A DNA stretch of 32,000 bases, from NCBI GenBank assembly GCA_963841475.1, contig CAWJCT010000002.1, positions 17,177-49,176 on the forward strand, given 5' to 3'. Within the stretch, counting starts at the first letter, position 1. Every line of letters starts with the position of its first letter. Source of the stretch: an uncultured delta proteobacterium (GTDB lineage Bacteria; Desulfobacterota; Desulfobaccia; Desulfobaccales; 0-14-0-80-60-11). The notes under the pieces were generated by a model that saw nothing but the letters and a program-made list of their open reading frames with translations, searched no databases and had not been told where the DNA came from. Made by a program: the position numbers and the translations under genes. Below are positions 24,953 to 32,000 of this stretch, piece by piece.

Positions 24953-25536
24953 ATGGAAAATAATTTGGATAGAGGGTCGGCTGGCCGGGGCCGCTTCCGG
25001 TGGCTCTGGGTGCTGGCCGGCATAGTGCTCCTGGCAGCAGGGGCTTGGGGGCTTTTGCGCCGCCAGCCGCCGCCCCCGCCGCCCAAGGCGGCCACGGCCC
25101 AACCCCCAGGATGGAGGGCCTCTCTCTCACCGAGATTCATGAAGGCGATAAAACGTGGGTCCTGGAGGCCAAGAAGGCGGATTTTAACCCGGACAAAACG
25201 ACCATCAGCATCACCGGGGTCCGGGTGGAATTTTTCGGGCCCGGAGAAGACATCCGGGTGAAGGCCGAGGCGGGGCTGTTTAACACCAAGACCCGGGTCT
25301 TGACCCTGAAGGGGCAGGTGGAGATGCGGCGCGGCGATCTCTGATCCAGACCAGCCTGGCCACCTATATCCCGGAAGAGCGCGCCTTGGTGGGGCCCGAG
25401 GATGGTGGTGATCACGCAACCGGGCCTCAAGGTGGAAGGCAAGGGGATGCGGGTGGAACTGGCCGACAAGAAGCTGGTGATCGCCCAACACCACTTCACC
25501 GAATTGCAGGTTAAGGATTGGAGGGGCAAGCGTTGA
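24953..25536 (+). CDS. lptC: LPS export system protein LptC; three frame breaks as sequenced
   Basis: N-terminal TM anchor MENNLDRGSAGRGRFRWLWVLAGIVLLAAGAWGLL. Then MEGLSLTEIHEGDKTWVLEAKKADFNPDKTTISITGVRVEFFGPGEDIRVKAEAGLFNTKTRVLTLKGQVEM, then IQTSLATYIPEERALVGPE and VVITQPGLKVEGKGMRVELADKKLVIAQHH. This is the LptC beta-jellyroll pattern, and the gene sits directly before lptA/lptB. Shifts lie near ~25105, ~25340 and ~25402. TGA is at 25534-25536. Confidence 0.75.
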
Positions 25537-26163
25537 AACGCCACGGGTTTTTAGTCCTCGCCGGGATTCTGGTGATATTGTGGGCCGGTTCGTCCCTGGC
25601 GTATGGCGCCCCCCCCAAGAAGCCGGGACCGGAAAAAGAGGTCCCCCTGCACATCACCGCCGCCCGCCTGGAAGCGGACCAGACCAAAGGGCTGGTCATC
25701 TTCACCGGTCCGGTGAAGGCCGTGTACGGCGATGCCACGTTATACTCGGATCAGCTGCAGGTCTACTTTAAGGCTAAACCGGCGCCTCCCAAAGGAACCC
25801 CCACGCCCCCCCAGGAAAAGGCGGGGCAGTCGCCCTCTCGGTGATATGGGAGCCGAGAAAATTGACCGCATCGTGGCCAAAGGCAACGTGCGCTTCGTCC
25901 AGGCGGACCGGGTGGCCACCGGGGATCAGGCCATTTACTACAAGGACCGGGATGAGGTAGTGCTGACGGGCAACCCCCAGTTATGGCAGGCCGAAAATAC
26001 CCTGAAAGGGGAACGGATCATCTTCAATCTCAAGACCAAGAAAGTGCTGGTGGAAAGTTCACCCCAACGCCGGGTGGAAGCCCTGCTCTACTCCCAGGGG
26101 GCTGCCGAAGGCAAAGCCAAGCCGCCTCTGAGCCCTAAAGCCCGCAAGGGCCGCCAGCCTTAA
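25533..26163 (+). CDS. lptA: LPS transport periplasmic protein LptA (OstA-like); one frame break as sequenced
   Basis: TTG 25533 overlaps the lptC stop (TTGA), with GGAGGGG 6 nt upstream. Signal peptide LKRHGFLVLAGILVILWAGSSLAYG. Conserved blocks include PLHITAARLEADQTKGLVIFTGPVKAVYGDATLYSDQLQVYF and, after a shift near ~25838, IDRIVAKGNVRFVQADRVATGDQAIYYKDRDEVVLTGNPQLWQAENTLKGERIIFNL. Confidence 0.8.
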
Positions 26164-26166
26164 GAT

Positions 26167-26889
26167 ATGCATCGCCTCGCCCTGCAATCTTTGGCAAGAG
26201 CTACGACGGCCACACAGGTGGTGGACGACGTCTCCATGGAAGTGAAGAGCGGCGAAGTGGTGGGGCTCCTGGGCCCCAATGGGGCCGGCAAGACCAGCAC
26301 CTTTTTCATGGTACTGGGGCTGCTGCAACCTGACGGCGGCAAGATTTTCCTGGATGGCGAGGACATTTCGCTGCTGCCCATTTATCGCCGGGCCCGGCTG
26401 GGCCTGCAATACCTGCCCCAGGAGCCTTCGGTGTTCCGGAAGCTCACGGTGGCCGAGAATATTATGGCGATCCTGGAAACCCTGGAGCCGGACCGCCAGG
26501 TGCGCCAGGACCGCCTGGAGAAGCTGTTGGCCGACCTGCGGATTACCCACCTGGCCAACCAGAAGGCCTCGGCCCTCTCCGGAGGCGAGCGACGCCGGGT
26601 GGAGATCACCCGGGCCCTGGTCACCGCCCCCCACTTTATCATCCTGGATGAGCCCTTTGCCGGCATCGACCCCCTGGCGGTGACTGATATCCAGAACATT
26701 ATCCGGGAGTTGAAAAACCGGGACCTGGGCGTGCTCATCTCGGACCACAACGTCCGGGAGGCCCTGGGGGTCTGCGACCGGGCTTATATCCTCAACGAGG
26801 GTGTCATCCTGGAAGAGGGCCCCCCGGAGAAATTGGTCCAGAGTGAGTTGGCCAAAAGAATTTACTTGGGCGAGACCTTTAAGTTATAA
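26167..26889 (+). CDS. lptB: LPS export ABC transporter ATP-binding protein LptB
   Basis: 240 aa, intact. Walker A GPNGAGKTSTFFM, LGLQYLPQEPSVFRKLTV, signature LSGGERRRVEITRAL, Walker B FIILDEPFAGIDP, ISDHNVRE, and the C-terminal YLGETFKL typical of LptB. Confidence 0.93.
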   Translation: MHRLALQSLARATTATQVVDDVSMEVKSGEVVGLLGPNGAGKTSTFFMVLGLLQPDGGKIFLDGEDISLLPIYRRARLGLQYLPQEPSVFRKLTVAENIMAILETLEPDRQVRQDRLEKLLADLRITHLANQKASALSGGERRRVEITRALVTAPHFIILDEPFAGIDPLAVTDIQNIIRELKNRDLGVLISDHNVREALGVCDRAYILNEGVILEEGPPEKLVQSELAKRIYLGETFKL

Positions 26890-26955
26890 TGCCTTTGTAT
26901 CCCGTCAATGATCGGGATTCTTATTCTGGACAAATTTTTTGCATAAGGCGAGCAG

Positions 26956-28445
26956 ATGGCCTTAGAAATCAGACAGAGCTTAAAACTAACTCAATCTCTC
27001 ATCATGACCCAGAAATTGCAGCAAGCCATCAAGCTGCTGCAACTTTCCCGTATGGAACTGGTGGGGGAAATTACCCAGGCCCTGGAAACCAACCCGGTCC
27101 TGGAAGATGATCAGTTTGAAGAAGAGCCGGTACCGGGAGAAGAAGAGCTCAGTCTGGGGAATCTATCCCCTGGCGATGGAGCGTCGCCGGAGGAGGCCAA
27201 ACCCGACGGCGAGGCCAAATCCACCACGGAAGACTGGGATTGGGACAGCTTCCTGAAAGATCGGCTCATGCCGCCCCCCATGGGCGAATACGAAGAACGG
27301 GAGGCCCTGTCCTTCGAGTCCCTGAATGCCGAAGAGACCACCCTGAAATCCCACCTCATCTGGCAACTTCGGATGGCCGAACTGGACCAGGAAGGCGACA
27401 ATATCGGAGTGATGATCATCGGCAACCTGGACAAAGACGGCTATTTCCGGTCCACGGCGGAAGAGATCGCCGATGAGATGGGCGGATCGAACCGGCCCGA
27501 GTGGAGCAGGTCCTGGAGATCGTCCAGGGCTTCGACCCTCCGGGGGTGGCCGCCCGGGACCTGAAAGAATGCCTGCGGTTGCAGCTCAAGATCCTGGGCG
27601 TCCAGGACCCCCTGGTGCTCGATATTATCGACCGCCACCTGAACAATCTGGGGAACAAAAATTACCAGGCCATCGCCCGGGACCTGAAGGTGCCCATCGG
27701 CAGAGTGGTGGAGGCCGGCGATCTCATCGCCAACCTGGAGCCCAAGCCCGGCCGGGGTTTCGACTCCGAAGAGGCAGACTACATCAACCCCGACGTTCAC
27801 GTGGAAAAGGTGGGGGACGACTACGTCATCCGTCTGAACGATGACGGCCTGCCCAAGTTGCGGGTTAACTCCTTTTACCTGGAGGCCATGCGAGGTCCCG
27901 ATAAACTCCCGGACTCGGTCAAGAGTTACATCCAGAAACACCTGGATAACGCCCTGTGGTTTATTCGCAGCATCCACCAGCGGCAAAAGACCCTGTACCG
28001 GGTGACCGAAAGTATCGTGCGTTTCCAGAGGGAGTTTCTGGACCACGGCCTGTCCCAGCTGAAACCCCTGACCCTGCGCCAGGTGGCGGAAGACGTCCAG
28101 ATGCACGAATCCACCATCAGCCGGGTCACCACCAACAAGTATGTGTATACCCCCCAGGGAGTCTTTAACCTCAAGTTCTTCTTCAACAGCGCCATTAACA
28201 TGTCTTTGGGGGAACAGATCGCCTCGGAAAGCGTCAAGGAAAAGATCCGCCAGCTCGTAGCCGGCGAGAACCCCGAGAACCCTCTGAGCGATCAGGAGAT
28301 TGCCGATAACCTGCGCCGCCAGGATGTGATCATTGCCCGGCGCACCGTGGCTAAATATCGAGGTATGCTGGGGGTGCTACCCTCCAGTAAACGCAAGAAA
28401 CCCGGGTACTTACCCAAGAGCCAGCCAGAAAATCACGCCTCTTGA
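26956..28445 (+). CDS. rpoN: RNA polymerase sigma-54 factor; one frame break as sequenced
   Basis: Region I MALEIRQSLKLTQSLIMTQKLQQAIKLLQLSRMEL, an acidic linker, then after a shift near ~27480 VEQVLEIVQGFDPPGVAARDLKECLRLQL. The HTH is LKPLTLRQVAEDVQMHESTISRVTTNKY, and the RpoN box is ARRTVAKYR. Confidence 0.93.
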
Positions 28446-28487
28446 AATCCCGGCTTTTCTGCGAGTCCAACCCTTTGGGAGGCAGTA

Positions 28488-29015
28488 ATGCAAATATCCG
28501 TAACTTTCAGGCAGATTGAACCCTCGGAAGCCTTAAAAAATTATGTGACCGACCGTTTAAACAAGTTCAAACGGTATGTGGACGGACCGGTGGAAGCCCA
28601 CGTGGTTTTGGGGCTGGAAAAATTTCGCCACCTGGCGGATGTTACTATCGACAGCAATGGCCACATCATCAAAGGCAAAGAAGAGAATACCGATATGTAC
28701 GCCGCCATCGATCTGGTGATGGACAAGATCGATATGCAGCTAAAGAAGTTTCGGGACAAGATGCGGAGCGTTAAGGGCGACCGGAGCCGTTCAACGCCCA
28801 CGGCGCTGGCCGAACCGGAGGAAACCCGGTCTCTACCAGCCATACGGCGCCAACAGGTGGACGTGCCGGCCCTGCAACTGACCGACGCGGTGGAACTCAT
28901 GCAAAGCGGGAAGGATACCTTGCTGGTCTTTACCAATGTGGCCAGCGGCAACTTGAACATCTTATACCAACGCCCGGACGGCAACTATGTCCTGGTCGAA
29001 CCCGATTTGGGATAG
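28488..29015 (+). CDS. hpf: ribosome hibernation promoting factor, long form
   Basis: 175 aa, intact. MQISVTFRQIEPSEALKNYVTDRLNKFKRY...MYAAIDLVMDKIDMQLKKFRDK, plus a C-terminal dimerisation-type domain (LLVFTNVASGNLNILYQRPDGNYVLVEP). It sits in the canonical position after rpoN. Confidence 0.9.
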   Translation: MQISVTFRQIEPSEALKNYVTDRLNKFKRYVDGPVEAHVVLGLEKFRHLADVTIDSNGHIIKGKEENTDMYAAIDLVMDKIDMQLKKFRDKMRSVKGDRSRSTPTALAEPEETRSLPAIRRQQVDVPALQLTDAVELMQSGKDTLLVFTNVASGNLNILYQRPDGNYVLVEPDLG

Positions 29016-29033
29016 AGGTAGCAGGGACACCGT

Positions 29034-29495
29034 ATGAAAATCATCGACCTTCTGGCCCCAAATTGTATTTTACCCAATTTGCAGACCACCAATAAAAAGG
29101 GAGTCCTGGAGGAACTGGCCCAACCCCTGGCGCCAGGCCCCGATGGGCTCTCGCTCCAAACCGTGATGGAGGTGCTCCTGGACCGGGAGCGCCTCGGGAG
29201 CACCGGCATCGGCGATAACATCGCCATCCCCCACGGCAAGCTGCCGCAACTTTCCAAGCTCATGCTCTGCTTCGGCCGCAGTCTGAAGGGGGTTGACTTC
29301 GACTCCATGGATGGCAAGCCTTCGCAGCTCTTTTTCATGCTGCTCGCCCCGGTGAACTCCGCCGGTCTCCATCTCAAGGCCCTGGCCAAGATCTCCCGGA
29401 TGCTCATGAGCCAGCCTTTCCGGGATAACCTGATGAAGGCTGAGGGGGCCGAAGAGATTTACCGCTTGATAGCCGAACGAGACGCGGAATTTTGA
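29034..29495 (+). CDS. ptsN: PTS IIA-like nitrogen regulatory protein PtsN (EIIA-Ntr)
   Basis: 153 aa, intact. RERLGSTGIGDNIAIPHGKL contains the phosphorylatable His, and LFFMLLAP...HLKALAKISRML is also present. It sits in the canonical position after hpf. Confidence 0.88.
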   Translation: MKIIDLLAPNCILPNLQTTNKKGVLEELAQPLAPGPDGLSLQTVMEVLLDRERLGSTGIGDNIAIPHGKLPQLSKLMLCFGRSLKGVDFDSMDGKPSQLFFMLLAPVNSAGLHLKALAKISRMLMSQPFRDNLMKAEGAEEIYRLIAERDAEF

Positions 29496-29571
29496 GGCCC
29501 GGTCTTGCTTTCCTTATCCGGCGATCCATGGTAACCATCCAGGTCTCTTGAGCTCACTACCTACGACAACA

Positions 29572-30500
29572 ATGGCCCAGGAATCAGGTCCGCACCCGGA
29601 ATCGAAACACCGCCACCTGTCCCCCTTTTCCATTCTCATCCTCACCGGACTCTCCGGTTCCGGGAAGAGTACGGTGTTGCGCGCCCTGGAAGATATCGGC
29701 TATTTTTGCGTGGACAATCTGCCCCTGGGCCTGCTCATGCCCTTTTTGGACATGCAGTCCGCGGCGGTGGCGAGCGGGCGGCGGATCGCCCTGGTCATGG
29801 ATGTCCGCACCGAAGGCTTCCTGAAGAATTTCAGCCAGGCGTTTCGCCATCTTGAAGAGATGGGCCATCATCTCCACATCATTTTTTTGGAGGCCGATGA
29901 CGCTACCTTGATTCGGCGTTTCAGCCAGACCCGCCGCCAGCACCCCCTGGCCGACCACGACACCATCGTCCAGGCCCTGCACCAGGAGCGCAACTCCCTG
30001 GCGGGCTTGCGTCAACTGGCCCACCGGATCATCGACAGCTCCCACTACAACCCGCATCAACTACGGGAGTTGATCAAAGATGAATACTCGGAGCTGGCGC
30101 CCCGACAGAGGATGTGGCTCCATCTCATCTCCTTTGCCTACAAGAAGGGCATTCCCCCGGAAGCCGACATGGTGCTGGATGTGCGGTTTTTGCCCAACCC
30201 TTACTTTGTGGAAGGATTACAGCCCCTTACCGGACGAAGACCCCGGGGTCCAGAAATACGTTCTGGAGCAGTCCTGAAACCCAGGCTTTTCTCGACCACC
30301 TGCTGCCGTTTGTGGACTTTTTGCTGCCCCGCTACCAGGAAGAGGGCAAGACGCACCTCACCCTGGCCATCGGTTGCACCGGCGGGCAGCACCGTTCGGT
30401 GGTCATCGCCAACGTCCTGGGGCAACATCTGAGCCGGGAAAATTATCCGTTCACCCTTAGCCATCGCGATATGCCGCGGTCCTCAGGAGAACAGTCATGA
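29572..30500 (+). CDS. rapZ: RNase adapter / nucleotide-binding protein RapZ; two frame breaks as sequenced
   Basis: P-loop ILILTGLSGSGKSTVLRALEDIGYFCVDNLP, and DVRFLPNPYFVEGLQPLTG. After shifts near ~30232 and ~30272 it continues EDPGVQKYVLEQ and PETQAFLDHLLPFVDFLLPRYQEEGKTHLTLAIGCTGGQHRSV. The start is uncertain (track TTG 29548; ATG 29572). The TGA overlaps the next ATG (ATGA). Confidence 0.85.
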
Positions 30501-30898
30501 TCGGAATATTAATCGTCACTCACCAGGAACTGGCCGAGGCTTTGATGAGCGTCTGGGACCTGATCCTGGGGCGTCAGGAGAACATCGCGGCCGTCTCCCT
30601 GGACCCCAGCGCCCCCCCTGAGGTCTCTCGTCAGCAGATCCAGCGCGGCCTGTCCCAGGTGAATGGCGGCAACGGCGTCATCATCCTCACCGACATGCTG
30701 GGGGGGACCCCCTCCAATCTGACCCTGTCTTTCCTGCAAGAGGGCAAGGTGGAGGTCGTCACCGGCGTCAACCTTCCCATGCTCATGAAACTGGCCCACA
30801 TCAGGGATCAACAAGACCTCCGGGAGGCAGCCCTGGCCCTGAAGCAATCCGGCCAGAAAGGCATTGCCGTGGCCAGCGAGGTTCTTCAAAAGAAATGA
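30497..30898 (+). CDS. PTS EIIA component, mannose/fructose/sorbose family
   Basis: 133 aa, intact. MIGILIVTHQELAEAL carries the active-site His in the VTH context, and GVIILTDMLGGTPSN is typical of EIIA-Man. Confidence 0.8.
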   Translation: MIGILIVTHQELAEALMSVWDLILGRQENIAAVSLDPSAPPEVSRQQIQRGLSQVNGGNGVIILTDMLGGTPSNLTLSFLQEGKVEVVTGVNLPMLMKLAHIRDQQDLREAALALKQSGQKGIAVASEVLQKK

Positions 30899-31368
30899 CC
30901 CAGGGGCTCCTCATCCGCCGGGCCGGCCTGGCGGATGTCTCGGCCATCTGGGCTATTGAAAAGGCCTCCTTCCCCACCCCCTGGTCCCGGTGGTCCTTCC
31001 TGGCGGAATTGGGCCATCGGCACAGCCACATCCTGGTGGCCGGCGCCTCCCCTCCCCTTCCCTGGCAGACCTGGGGCTACCTCATCTTCTGGGTCGTGCT
31101 CGACGAAATGCACATCCTCAACCTGGCAGTGCACCCCGACCAGCGCCGCCGGTCCATCGCCCAACGGTTGCTGGCCGAAGGCCTGGCCCAGGCCCGGACC
31201 TTAGGGGCCGAACTCGCCTGGCTGGAGGTGCGGCCCTCCAACCTCGCGGCCCGGACCCTGTATAAATCCTTCGGATTCAAAGAAGTGGGCCGCCGCCCCC
31301 GCTACTACGACGACACCCAGGAAGACGCCTTGCTGTTGACTTTGGACTGGAGCGAGGACGGAAAATAA
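30895..31368 (+). CDS. rimI: ribosomal-protein-alanine N-acetyltransferase (GNAT, RimI-like)
   Basis: 157 aa, intact, with an ATGA overlap with the EIIA gene. IWAIEKASFPTPWSRWSFLAEL, ILNLAVHPDQRRRSIAQRLL (acetyl-CoA Q/R-x-x-G-x-A-like site), LEVRPSNLAARTLYKSFGFKEVGRRPRYY. Confidence 0.8.
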   Translation: MTQGLLIRRAGLADVSAIWAIEKASFPTPWSRWSFLAELGHRHSHILVAGASPPLPWQTWGYLIFWVVLDEMHILNLAVHPDQRRRSIAQRLLAEGLAQARTLGAELAWLEVRPSNLAARTLYKSFGFKEVGRRPRYYDDTQEDALLLTLDWSEDGK

Positions 31369-31401
31369 CCAGGGGGAAAAGGTCGAGCCTTATCCCCCTG
31401 G
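31369..31401. terminator. hairpin between convergent rimI and the Mrp-like gene (terminator candidate without a clear U tract)
   Basis: Perfect 9-bp stem CCAGGGGGA (31369-31377) / TCCCCCTGG (31393-31401) with a 15-nt loop, directly after the rimI TAA. A second small hairpin GCAGG-ctaaaa-CCTGC lies at ~31414-31429. Confidence 0.4.
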
Positions 31402-31445
31402 GAACAGATCAGTGCAGGCTAAAACCTGCGGCTACCTTGGGCTGC

Positions 31446-32000
31446 CTACGGCGTGTCGCACTGGCAGCCGCAGCTCTCCGGGTGCTCCCGGGGGCTGGTG
31501 GTCAGGGTCTTCTTCAGGTATTTATCCACCAGGGCCTCCGGGGCTTCCAGGGGGGCGCCGGCGACGACTTCGATGCCTTTATGGGTCAGGAGGCCCTGGG
31601 CCTTCTCTCCCAGGGAGCCGGCGATGACGTGGGTTACGCCTAGACCGTCCAGCCATACGGGGAGGCCGCCCGGTTCGTGGGGCGGGTTGGGCATGAGCTC
31701 CTTGGGACCGACGGCGCCCTCTTTCACCGTGACGATGGCGAAGTGGGAGGCGTGGCCGAACTTATCCGACAGCTTGCCGTCTTCCACCGGCAGGGCGAAC
31801 TTCAGGACCCCGGGCTCCCGGGTTACCAGCGGCGTGGCGGGCAGGGTTTCCAGGATGTGATCCACAATGGGCTTCAGGGCCTGGAAGAAGGGGCTGTCGG
31901 CCTCCTTGACATCCAGGAGCTGGCCCTGGTCCGCGGCCTCCACCACAGCCGGGTCGAAGGGCAGGGCCCCCAGAAAGGGGACCTTGGCGGCCAGGGCAGT
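31446..32000 (-). CDS. C-terminal part of an Mrp/NBP35-type ATPase fused to a NifB/NifX-type (dinitrogenase FeMo-cofactor-binding-like) domain; 5' end outside window
   Basis: The frame is open to the window edge: TALAAKVPFLGALPFDPAVVEAADQGQLL is a typical Mrp/ApbC C-terminal block. It is followed by KFALPVEDGKLSDKFGHASHFAIVTVKEGAV...PVWLDGLGVTHVIAGSLGEKAQGLLTHKGIEVVAG (NifX/NifB-C-like) and a C-terminal HPESCGCQCD. Confidence 0.65.
   Translation of the reverse strand, partial: TALAAKVPFLGALPFDPAVVEAADQGQLLDVKEADSPFFQALKPIVDHILETLPATPLVTREPGVLKFALPVEDGKLSDKFGHASHFAIVTVKEGAVGPKELMPNPPHEPGGLPVWLDGLGVTHVIAGSLGEKAQGLLTHKGIEVVAGAPLEAPEALVDKYLKKTLTTSPREHPESCGCQCDTP

Noticed and set aside
26926-26944. 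Sigma-54-like -24/-12 element (CTGGAC-N7-TTTGCA) just upstream of rpoN, next to a small hairpin ATCCCG...CGGGAT (26899-26918)
   Set aside because: The GG-to-GC spacing is 13 nt instead of the invariant 12, and the -24 box is TGGAC rather than TGGCAC. The hairpin has only a 6-bp stem with a weak U tract. Neither is strong enough to call.
1-32000. CRISPR arrays, tRNA or rRNA genes, integrases or intact transposases
   Set aside because: No regularly spaced direct repeats were found. The GGTTCAATC-like strings at ~4556 and ~19388 have no flanking T-arm pairing, so there are no tRNA cloverleaf candidates. No rRNA-like segments and no recombinase motifs appear in any long ORF.

Overview
This is a 32-kb GC-rich chromosomal window from a diderm bacterium (BamD, LptCAB, TolC-family OMP, Lgt/LspA). 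It is probably an anaerobe (Ni-CODH); a Desulfobacterota-like origin is only an inference. All calls are by-eye motif recognition on the supplied ORF track and my own re-translation; no searches were run. Most of the window is housekeeping: the 3' end of cooS, trxA-trxB-bamD, surE, and a minus-strand ABC ATPase / ABC-2 permease / GldG-like / DUF4340-like operon. It also holds an SDR epimerase, a TolC-family OMP, cdsA, the ileS-lspA-lgt cluster, and lptC-lptA-lptB-rpoN-hpf-ptsN-rapZ-EIIA(Man)-rimI. The 3' end of an Mrp/NBP35-NifX-like fusion gene closes the window. Between ileS and lptC lies a ~7-kb accessory stretch (nt ~17.9-24.9 kb) with orphan small genes and a Gly/Tyr/Pro/Gln low-complexity lipoprotein. 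Its most notable content is a two-gene minus-strand module. The first gene encodes a RyR / helical TPR-like / LOG-SLOG-like / class III cyclase protein; the second encodes a TIR / single-TM / 9xTPR protein. This pairs a TIR with a SLOG-like domain, as in Thoeris, but in an architecture I do not know as a described system. Roughly 30-35 apparent +/-1 frame breaks hit clearly essential genes (ileS, rpoN, lptC/A, cdsA and others). They are best explained as sequencing or assembly indels, and they cluster in patches. Two families of short palindromic intergenic repeats are present. I recognised no rRNA, tRNA, CRISPR array or intact transposase.
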